Below, piece by piece: positions 52,402-64,000 of a stretch of 64,000 nt of DNA (position 1 is the first letter of the stretch; every line of letters begins with the position of its first letter). The translations under genes were made by a program, and so were the position numbers. This stretch comes from the human T2T-CHM13v2.0 reference genome, Homo sapiens: NCBI RefSeq assembly GCF_009914755.1, contig NC_060928.1; one strand, given 5' to 3'. The notes under the pieces are model-generated. The model searched no databases, was not told where the DNA came from, and saw only the letters and a list, made by a program, of their open reading frames with translations.

Positions 52402-54074
52402 CTATTCATCGGGCAAATTATCATTGTTTAGAAACTTTGCAGTTTATCAACTTGTAGAATCAGTGTTGCCGAGTGGCCCTTGGTCTCAAGACTGGGGCTG
52501 GATTTAGACAAGTAATGAAAATGTTTCACCCAGAAGGCAACATGCAACTGAGTTTTTATATAGTTAATCTGGCATCCTGTATGATAAGAAGGCTAAGAAA
52601 TGCAGAAATTCTCTCTGCTAAGTATGAATTCACATTGAGCTCTCATACACCAAAATCTTTTATTCATACTTAATGTTTTCTCATTCTTATATATTTCATC
52701 TCGTGAAATTTTAAATTTTTAATTAGCAACTGGTCCACAACTTAGTTTTTTTTTTTTTTTTTTTTTCCAAAAACAGATAGTTAATACTCCTACTTATCAT
52801 AAAACTGTGTTAGAATTCAGCAGCTGGATTACATAATACTATTATAATAAGCCTTTATTATTGAGTAACTTTACATACATAATATTTATATGCACAAGTA
52901 TTTGAGAGCTTATAGGTCAAGCCCTGTGCTAAGTACTTTGTACCCATGATCTGATAGAACCCTTATAACACCTTGATGAGATGCAGCCATTTTCTACACA
53001 CTACACATGATGAAACCAGCACAGGAAATCAGATAACTTGCCTGCTCTTGGCCACCACGCGGTGCGCTGCTGCTTTGTGTTTTATGGGAAATTGCACATG
53101 GCAAACATTCAACCATAGGCTTCCTGCCTTTATTATTAAAGGGCAAATATGGGTAAGGAGGATAGCATGGGGCTTGATTTGTTCAATGACCTAAAAATAA
53201 ACTGATCTTATTCATACCCTGCCTTGTTCTAGGAAAGGATTCTAGTGGCTTCTCAGCAGAGGGCAGGGCAAGGAACAGGTGCTCAGGAATTGGAGCATCT
53301 GGCACGCAGGCCCCCACTGCACTCTGAGGGGCTTCACTCTCCTCAGACACGAAGTCATGGAACCAGAGCTTATCTCCTAAGTCCCTCATAGTTCTAAACT
53401 TTTTTGACAATTAAGTTAACGTCCTCCATTGACATTTTCTTAAAACCTGGGTGGTTTGCGTAATTCTACATGTATAAGATATCTGTGCATAATGTGACTT
53501 AGAATAATATAAAAAAGGATAAGCCAAAAAATAGGCTTAGATGAAAGACTGGAAAGATACACGTCAAAACATTAATTCTGACTTGTCTTTGGTTATTATT
53601 GTTTTGGGAATTACTACTTAAATTTGCTTACCTATATTTTCTAAATACTGTGCAATGGGTGGGAAATGAAAAGCAAGTGTTTAGGTATAAAAATATATGA
53701 GACATATCCAAATCAGAGATCCTAAAAGTAAATTCATACAATAATTGTTAAACTAAACTGAAATACAATATATTTTAAATGACAAAGTTAATTTTTATGG
53801 TGCTTTCATTTCCCCAAACTTTCAAGAAGTATAAAAGAGGACTCAAGAGAAACAATACTTACATAGCTTCAGTAATCTGGGTTAAATCCAATTTAAAATG
53901 ATAAAACCTAACTCCAATGTAAGAGATGCAAATCTGTTCCTGGTTCTTTCCTCAGGCTCCTACTGTGACTTTCGGTAAGATTTTTGTGTGCTGTTGCTTG
54001 TAAACATGAAAGACTAAATTGTGCCTTAAAATTCACTGGCGAGAGGCAGCCCATCAACCAGGTAGATTTACTGC

Positions 54075-54377
<303 letters not shown>

Positions 54378-54494
54378 GACTTACTGATTTTCATACATAT
54401 TTTTCATTTAAACTTGGCAATTATCACCTTCATTTTTGAAATGAGCTTGAAAATCAGTAATACTTAGATCTCTCTTTCCCTTGTTTCTCTAGCT

Positions 54495-54655
54495 CCTTTT
54501 ATTTAGAAATGAAGTCTCACTCTATTGCCCAGAATAGAGTGCAGTAGCAGACCACAGCTCCCTGCAGCCTCAAACTCCTGGGTTCAAGCAATCCTCCTGC
54601 CTTAGCCTCCCAAGTAGCTAGAGCTACAGGTGTGCCACTACGGCCGCTTGGCTAA
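54495..54655 (-). mobile_element. Partial Alu (AluJ/FRAM-like)
   Basis: gtctcactctattgcccag...gcaatcctcctgccttagcctcccaagtagct. Confidence 0.75.
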
Positions 54656-55011
54656 CCTCTAGCTTCTTAAGAAAAAAGCGTTGGTGCCACCACCAGCGGG
54701 AAACGCAGCTTCCTGCTGCTCATTGTAGATAAGAATTTGATGGGACAGGTTCATTTCATAAATGTCAGCTGAATCTGCATTAGTCTTGGGCATTACCCAA
54801 AGAGCATTTCTTCTGGGAGGTCCACACAAATCCCATCATCTCACAGTCAACCTCTAAGTGTCCCTGGGCACAAACCCAAGGACCAGGTTACAGGGAGGAT
54901 GCAGAAGAGTCCCCCCTTTGAAGGCATTCCACAGATCTGACAGAAAAACAAGAGGGATGGGTGTGTGTGGTGCGGCGGGGGGGAAGGGAGGGTGGGGGAA
55001 GACAGGCACTA

Positions 55012-55161
<150 letters not shown>

Positions 55162-55687
55162 TCATAAATGTGATGAATGTGTAACTCAACAGGAGCTGTG
55201 CAGAAAGGGGAGGCAAGTAAATGCAGAAACTGCTGAGAGCATTGAGGGGGCGCGGAAATGCATGTTTTCCATTTCCTGAAAGCCAAACATGCTGGCAACA
55301 GATCCAGCTTCTGGGGGTTCCTGCTACTTGGGAATTCTTAGCCCTTGTGAAATCCCATGGCACTTTGTCATATTTTTCTTTGAAAGAAAGAGATGACATC
55401 TGTGCTCAGCGTGTGTTAAGTGATGGGCTGTGATGTACAGAACCACACGATGCCCTTTAGAGAGAGAACTTCTGGTTGTTTAAACAAGACTCAAAAGTTC
55501 CCTCAAATAACATGGGCTGAAGCATATAAAAAAAGAAATTTTTTAAAAAATCACCGTTTTATCCAGATACACCCCAGGTAGTCACTTGTATTTTATCAGC
55601 TAATTTATTTAGATACAAAGGCTAAGATAATATTTAAGTGAGCTATTTTTACCAAAACATTTCACCACCACCACCAAAATGACATAC

Positions 55688-55884
55688 ATTGAGGCAGCAT
55701 GGAGATTTGAAAGCCCTGTGTCCTGGCTGCATTTTGATGGTATTTTATCATCCATTGGGGAAATAAATCCATCAGCGTCATCTTCGAATTGGTCCAGAAA
55801 GCATCGTGCACTGAAATCGGTTTTCAGAGTGACCATGAAGTCTGGCTTCACATTGCTATCGTCTTCTGACCCCTCCTCTTCTTC
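55688..55884 (-). CDS. FAM13A: FAM13A coding exon
   Basis: ctccag|...AT|gtatgt; 197 nt encoding EEEEGSEDDSNVKPDF...GLSNLHAAS. Confidence 0.95.
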
Positions 55885-58285
55885 CTGGAGATACACAGCA
55901 ACCCCAATAAAAATCTGGTCACTTTTTGGGGCAGACTTTCATTACAAGTATCATTTAATAATCATTTAATTATCAGACTCCATATAGTTTCTTCTGTATC
56001 TACATTTAGCAACACATATGTACATTACAGATATATTATTGAACATCTGTATTCGATATAAATATACACATTTAATAACACAATGTAGCCACTCAATAGA
56101 GAAAACAGACTGCAAAACTATTTTAAAATGAGTGTACATCATGTTAATAGTTGTCAGGTTGGGGGTAAGAAGGAACAACCATCATAATTTATAACCTAAA
56201 TCAGATGAACTAAAAGGATCCAAAAATTTCCAGCTCTGTGACAGTACAAAACAAAATTCATCACCAGTAACCAGTGCTTGAAAGGATTCTACTACTTGGG
56301 TATCTCAGATGGCTTTAAAAAAAAAAAAAATCAGTCTGAACATTTTCTGAAATAATACAACATTTCTATTTAAGAATTGAGATTAGAAAATATTTTATGG
56401 CTGCTTAATGCACAAAATTTTAGGGAAATTTTAAGAAGACTGAAAGATATTATATTCTCATGATTGAAATAAGAAAACTCAAGCTTTTCCAAAGAACTTC
56501 CAAGGGCCACATCTGTATTTTTTGGCATACAAGATTCTAAGAAAAGTATGATATTCTCGGTCTGTATTGATAATGCAAATAGAAAAATAATAAAGCCAAA
56601 TCAGCATTTCTTAGAGCCAATTTAAGGCTATGTAAGCCTAAGGAAGAGATAATATCAGAGTGTGAAAGATTTCAAAACAAGTGATGTACTGCCAAAAGGT
56701 AGTCAGACCACAGAGAATAACTTACTATCCTAAAAAATTTAAAAATTGGTTCGGAATACAGCCACATAAAAAATGGTATGCATAGCACCAATTATTACAG
56801 GTAAACCAAATGGTTTCCATGCCAGTGCAGCAAAAACATCTCAGGAGGCCGCAGCAGTTCCCGCTGGCGGGCAAAGTACAAGTGTGCAAATGGTTCATGG
56901 TAAATTTTGATATGTTTAATAAGGGTGTTTCTGAAGAGAAATAATGTGAATAAACAAGCAACCAAACAAAGCAAAACAAAAAAGGACTATCATATAACTG
57001 ATATCAAAGTATTGCTATGAAAATAAAATTGGCAAAAGCTAGGTGGCTTTTCCAGATTGTCTCAGCTGTGACTTCAGACCTTGAGTCTCTTTAAATTGTT
57101 AAAAACATTTAAAAGTTTACAAAGTAAAATTGACTTTTTAAATGAATACGTTTCTTTTTGTTTTAGTAAGAGTAATAACAATTCCCATCGACGTAGTTTT
57201 GATAAAAATTGAGATAATGTGTGTCAGGTACCTCATAAGGCACACCTGGGACACTGGCTGTGCACATCAGTTTTCCGCTCCCTCTCTTCCTTCCCCTCCC
57301 CTGGATAAGGAAAACAGGGTAGAAGTATCTGACCAACTCAGTGAAGGCAGGAATTGGGGCCTGTTTACTGCTGTCCCCAGAGCTTGGCCAATGCTTGCAT
57401 ATGGCCAATAAATGGCTGTTAAGCAGTCTAGTAATTCAGTTTGAAAAGAGAACTACAAAAAATTACTATTAGAAGAGCATAAACACCTAACAGAGTTAGG
57501 GACAGCTAACAGAGTTACAAATAAGAACTTAACGACCTTTAATGAAATCAGGTGTCTAGGCCTTATCAATTATATCCCAAAGTCCTGAGAGAACTTAAAA
57601 GTGTGGAAGTGTGCCTTGCACATAGTGAGCACTCAATATTTTTTGAGATAAATGTAACAAAATTACTCTCAGTAGCCTTTGAAAATCACGAGGAAAAATA
57701 GCAAATAGATTTTCAAATAAGACAACCATCATAAGTGTTGTAGATACTGGGTAGATTCTAGAAGGAATTAATACATAGATAATATATAAGCAATTGGGAA
57801 AAATCAGTGATCAACTGATGAGACTGGTTCCTTAAAAATGAGTCATGAAAATGAACCATTTTTCCTTTTTTGATAGATGTAGTATTTGGATTTCAATAAA
57901 CAACCAGGTAAGCAGACCCTACGAAAGGAAAGCTGGCTTCCCAAATTTCTGCTGAGTAATGACTGAAGGGTGACATGAACCTGAAGGGCAGTCTACAGCA
58001 GCCCCTCTGCCTGACCCTGCCTTACTCAGTATCTGAGTCACTTGGACAAAGAAAAGGCATATTTCAAAATGTACAGATAATACAAAGCGGGTAGGGATAT
58101 CTGATATGTTGGAGTAAAAAAGCTAGATTTAGTGTATTTCCTACAGCTGAAATAGAAGTATGAGACGTAACAAATTGGAAAAATTCAAGGCCCTATAATT
58201 AGGAAAAAGAGAAGCTGGATACATCAGTGGCAATGCACAAGTATACAGCAAAGCATGAGTCAGGGCCATATGCCAGGGCCATGAG

Positions 58286-58506
58286 CAGTGGTTCTCAATC
58301 AGGGTGATCTGTTCCCTTGGGGACATCGGGCAATGTCTGGAAACATTTTTGGCTGTCACGACTGGTGAAGGGGTGGTGGTGCCACACTACTGGCCTCTAG
58401 TAGGTGGAGGCCAGGGACTCTGGTAAGCATCCCACAAAGCACAGGGCAGTGCTGCACAACAGTTACCCAGCCCCAAAGGTCAGCAGTGCTGAGGCTGAGA
58501 CACCCT
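58286..58506. mobile_element. MER20 hAT DNA transposon
   Basis: cagtggttctcaa...gcaatgtctggaaacatttttggctgtcacgactgg...gtgctgaggctgaga. Confidence 0.8.
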
Positions 58507-61157
58507 ATCCTCAGAAAGGCCAAAATGAATTCCCAATACCTTGTCAGTTGCATAGGCAAGAAACTGGAGGCATGAAAGGGTCTCAGTCATCCAGATCAAT
58601 GTAAGGACTAGTCTTTGGTCCACTGTCCTGGTTAAACCATATGCAGGTTAATGTCCAGTTCCGGGTATCAGTTTTAACAGCAACATTGATAAACTGGTGT
58701 GTGTGCACACAGCAGAGCTAGGAGACCACTGAAAGGTCTGGAACCCGTATCACATAAGGAAGAGTAAGAGGAACTTGGATAACAAATTGTCACAGGGTGT
58801 GGGGTGGGAGTGGGCAGGGCAGGTGACTGTAAATACAGGCAGTGCTCTCAGGGAAGAAGCAGTATGTCTATCTCATGTTGCTCCAAAGGGCAAAACTAAG
58901 CCTATGGGATAGAATGTAATAAATTGATAATAGCTATGAATATAATTTCAACTATTTTCATTAACTTGGTATTTATCAAACCTATACATTTTAAATTACA
59001 TATTATGTAATTAACAAATAATTATAAAACCAATAATATAAGTTATCAGCTATTATTGATACTTATGTAGTGAGTGACATAACTCCTTCCATTGCTGTAA
59101 ACTTTTTAAGCTTGAGGATGGAATCTCTCTGTAGGGACAATGTCTCTATTCTGCCAGAGAAGTTTTAGAGGGGATTCTTATGTTGGCTAGGAGAACTGAT
59201 TAGATGATCTCTAGGTTTCTTTGGGTTGGAAAATCTAGGCCTTCAGAACTGAGCTGGCTGTAGTTCATATACAGCTGGTTCGTTCCCAAAAGCATTTAAA
59301 ACCAGGGGTGAGTTTTGGAGAAACCACTTAGATACAATCTTACCTGCACACACACCAAATTCTAAACTGGAATTGCCAAGAATTAGTACAGTCCAAATAC
59401 TTTCTAATAGGCCTGGCCAACAGGAACAAAGTGAACCAAAAGACAGCACTGTTTACAAAAGCAAAGTAGTCATTGCAAAATTATCTGAAATTTTGACCAT
59501 GATGTGGGCCAGGAGATAAACCACAGCCAAAATATACTTGTGAAAAAAAATTAAGCTAAAGGATAAGAATGGGAAAAATGTCTTTTATAAAAAAGAGCAT
59601 CATTAGGTTATCTTCAATTCATTTGGTGAAACCCTTATTAAGTGTCTACATTTTGGATGTGTTCAAGAACACATTTTTATCTAGTAACGGTTCTATTGCA
59701 TGCTGCTAAGAGAAACATGCTAATTTTCATACACACAATTACCCAAATTTCTCCAATTACTGTGGTTTCATTCTTGGGTGACATTACCAGCCAGACAAAA
59801 TTTGTCTTTCATTAACATCAAGGCTTATTGTAAGAAAATAGCTCTAATTTTTAAAGACACAATATAGTATACTGGCCCAAATTTCAAGTACCGTGTTTAC
59901 AGCATTTTCATAAAACAAGTTCTACTTAATACAGTGAGCACAGTCATTGCCTAATACCATAAAATTAGGCATATGATGTATCAAGATCTGCAAAAGGCAA
60001 GAAAAGGAATACATAAAAGAAGACTTTATAGCTTGTGGTACCTTACCTCAGACAAGAAAATGGAGAAATTCTCAATTGGTTTCCCTCAGTAGACAAGAGG
60101 GCCCCATATACTGAAATAATCATTCCTAACTACAGCACGTAAATGATCGCCCCAGGCTCGGAACTATCACAGAAATATGACAAGTGAAACTCTTAAAACT
60201 CACTTCTGCTTCAGGTTTAACTCTTGCTTTGGAGTTAAATGACTGTTAGAAAAACAATCACTGTTTTTTAAAAAATGATTGCCTTTGATTTTTCATCTCT
60301 AGAGTTCTGTATAAGGCAGTCCAGTTTGTTCAGTTGTCTAGAAACAAAAACATGAAAGAGGCTGATCCTAGTACGGGCCAATTAGGGTCCCACAGAGACA
60401 CACTGATCTATGGGCACAGATTACATCTCGCATTCTAGCAAAAGTAGCCACCGATGACAAGGATTATCTGTACAAAATCCATATTACTGGAAAAAAAATC
60501 AGGACATATGTTCTGGTAGCTATCAGTCATTCACAGCACCTCATTCGTAGATTAAGAGCAGATTTTAAAATTAGTCCTGGGGACTAAATGTGCTATGAGA
60601 AAGTCAAGAAGGAAAAAAGCCGGAAATACTGCACCCACAAATCTGTCAAAGACTACTAAGATATTTGTAGAAGTACAATTTTTCATTGTTTTATATGTTT
60701 ATATATATATTTCCTATGTTAATTTTGATTTTTCTATAAACAGTATATGAGATTCCTTTTAAAGTTGGTCTAATGAGCTAATTTAAGATTTTGGAATACA
60801 GAAAAATCCATTCCCCAAATACAGAAAACAAAACCAAACAAAAAGCATTGTGGACAACAAAACCAAACAAAATAATCCCTGAAAGCGAAGTAAAAACAAA
60901 ACAACAACAGACAATACAAAAAAGAGGGGGGGAATAAAATGAAACCAAAGAAATCAACTAAATGGAACTGGAGAAATTAGCACTCTTTAGAGGAACTGTT
61001 CAAAGTTGGTTATATGTAGCTACTGATTTTTAGGGAATGCTGTAAGAAGCCACCACCAAAAGGCCCGATCACACCCCCTTTCCATTCACCGGAGGGGAGG
61101 GGAGGAGGGAGGGAACTGGTGCGGATTTAGCAATGGGTTAGCAGCTGGGGTCTTCAC

Positions 61158-61241
61158 CTTTATCTCCTTGAAGAAGGAAGCAGTTTCGCCCTCGATAATT
61201 GGCTGCAGCAAAGGGCTTCTCCGCTTGCTGGAGGGGGAACC
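61158..61241 (-). CDS. FAM13A: FAM13A coding exon (84 nt, likely cassette)
   Basis: gtcacag|...AAG|gtgaag; encodes [28 protein letters not shown]; phase 0-0. Confidence 0.88.
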
Positions 61242-62715
61242 CTGTGACAGGTGTTAACAAGTAGGTTACATTCCGAACCCCTTTCCCTTTCCCTCCAGCT
61301 CTCGGCCTCCTCTGACCTCACCAGTATTTATTAACTTTTAACTCTGCATTCTTATCCCTCCCTGCCAAACACTCCCAGGAAAACCTGAAACAACAAAAGT
61401 TCTTTTTCCAAGTTGCTGCTTCCCTTCAGCGCCCACACACATAAATCAAGGAGGACAGAGTACAGCAAGAACAGCACAGGAGTATATCCGGCAGACACGC
61501 AGAAGAAACCCGAGGAGAAACACCTGCCTCCCATCGCTGCCCCTGCCAATCACAGTTAACCACAAGAACACTTCGGCTGTAGTCAGCTAAGGAGAATCAC
61601 ATAAGCTCAGAAAGCAATACAAAGGGGAGCTGACTTCTCTGTTGCACCTTCACCCTACTTAGGGACACTAAGGGTTCCTGCCTGGAGAATGAAAACAACT
61701 CCTTAGATCTAATCGTTTTATTTGTTAGTTTAGGACATTCCTCCAGAATACATTAAAGTGGCTTTCTTCAAATACACCTGCCTGAGATCTCTGGACCCTC
61801 CTTTCTTCATTAAATACATTGTTAAAAGAAATAGACAATATTCTAGGCCTAGAAATAAGAAGGGCATTTAAGGCCGGGCCAGACAGGAGCAGCAGCTAAA
61901 ATGAGTATGTATTGCAACGGCAACATCAAAGTGAGTTTGTGTCTGCTAAAGAGCCTAAAAGCCAGCAGAGGAGATGGGAGCACTGAAACAGAAGCAAATG
62001 TTTCCCTAAGAGATGGACAGGGCAGAACACCCTACTCATAAGCTGGGGGTGGAAACGCTGAGTCTGGGATGAGGGATGGGAGCAGGTGGCTGGGCCCTAA
62101 AGACTTCCTGTCGCTGAAGGCAAGCTGCTGCTCCCTACTCTTGACAAAATCAAAAGCCAGGAGCCAAAAGCAGCAAAGTTTAAGGATGGTGGCCACTGAC
62201 AGCAACTTCAATGAGTAGCCTCCTTTCCTACACCTTGCCACATCCTCCAAGAAGGGCCTCTCTCTCGTTTCTCAGAGGATTTTCTCCCTGGACACAATTC
62301 CCAAGGGAGTTATCCCTCTCTTGGATGGGAGGGACTATGAGCAGAGGGCCTTGGGATCAGAACGGCACTCTTTGGAGTGAAGAGGCCTGGAGAAAGTGCA
62401 GCCCTACCCACGTGGTGCTCCATCTCTGACCCAGTATATCCAATGGATGTACATGCCTTTTGGGCAAAGCATGTCCTCCAAAAGGGAAAAATAAATTCTA
62501 TCAGCTTCAGATTTGCCCATTTTTAACAAATGTAGCCTCAGGGGTCTTTGATAAAGTCTTCATTCCTCAAGCTTGTGGGCCATGGATAGTAATGGCTGAT
62601 TCAGCAATTAAAGCCTATTCTTTAATGAGAAAGCAGGTTAGGGCCCTATTCATATATCCAGGGCCCATTCAAGCGGAAAGGTGTTGTACCAGCCACGGGA
62701 AGGTATTCTACTCAC

Positions 62716-62811
62716 AATGATGGGTATGGTGTTAGCTCGGGAGAGGATCTGTTTGACCAGCCGGTACCTGTCGTATAGTGGCTTCATCACCTGCCGTTCG
62801 TTCTTTGTTAC
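62716..62811 (-). CDS. FAM13A: FAM13A coding exon
   Basis: ttttcag|...ATT|gtgagt; 96 nt encoding [32 protein letters not shown]. Confidence 0.95.
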
Positions 62812-63174
62812 CTGAAAAGCAAGAATGAGAGCTATGAGAAGCCTGCTGCTGGGAGTCACAACCAGCTGTCTAAGCATGCTCTGGGCCTTTGTAATTCTAG
62901 AGAAACTCCAGATGATGCAACTTAAGTCTTACTACCCTCACAGAATTTATTTAAACTGATAATATTATTTATTCAATAAATATTCAGATTACCTAGTTCA
63001 GCTGCAGATCAGTGGAAGTCACTCCACTGGTAGTACTGCTTTTTCTAAATCCAAACTAGGATCATTCTTAGGTTCCTGCTTCCTGCTTAAAACTCCTCAA
63101 GGTTCAGAGTTCCCAGATGACTATTTTCTGAGCCCAGGGAAAGTGAAAGCATATATCTGCTATAAGACGTATCA

Positions 63175-63493
<319 letters not shown>

Positions 63494-64000
63494 TACATAT
63501 CATGTAGTTCATTTACTTGTCTTTCTCCTCTATGAAATTATGTTTCTAAGAAGAAGATTCTGGCAAACAGTGGGTATTCAAGGAACATGTGATGAAAAAT
63601 ACATGAACTGATTCATCTGTGTATCCCTAAAATCTGGCACAGGGCTAAAAAATGTTTAAAGGACTGATTCTCCAGGCAGTGGGGAGGAATCATACTCAAC
63701 TCCCTGGTATAGTATTGGAAGCTCCTCATACTCTATCTGCTGCTTCTCCTCCCCATCATACTTCAAGCTTCAGAAATAAAGTAGGTTGTCTCAACCCTCT
63801 TGTCCAATTCCCTCTACCCTGCCATGGCTTCCTCTTTGCTCTTTTGTTTGGCAAATTCCAGATGAAGAGCCACTTCTCTGTGCAGCCTTCTTCCAACATC
63901 CCCCATTCTGGGAGACTCACCCATTCTCTCCTTTGTGAAATCACCACCCTGCCCCGTGCATACCCTGTAATTTCATAAATGCTTTTACACTTTACTGTAG

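Overview
Human-type genomic DNA matching the HERC3/NAP1L5/FAM13A locus (4q22). The + strand carries the last nine coding exons of HERC3, a HECT E3 ligase: the first exon is partial at the window edge, the stop is at 30646 and the 3' UTR runs to about 32225. The intronless imprinted retrogene NAP1L5 (CDS 20844-21392, minus) is nested antisense in a 16.8-kb HERC3 intron. It has a CpG island containing six ZFP57 motifs and a nearby 48-bp VNTR. The minus strand carries the last five coding exons and 3' UTR of FAM13A, converging on HERC3, with candidate + strand lncRNA exons (FAM13A-AS1-like) between them. The rest is Alu, L1, MIR, LTR and DNA-transposon sequence. Best leads: (1) a candidate dual-use 9-nt microexon / alternative terminal exon of HERC3 at 16581, upstream of NAP1L5; (2) a three-layer nested insertion (MER30 > L1PA with an apparent 3' transduction > U6 retrocopy) with each layer's target-site duplication visible; (3) long inverted L1 and Alu pairs in the HERC3 pre-mRNA; (4) a QKI-motif array in the FAM13A 3' UTR. 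Repeat subfamily calls are by eye and approximate, and no database searches were run.
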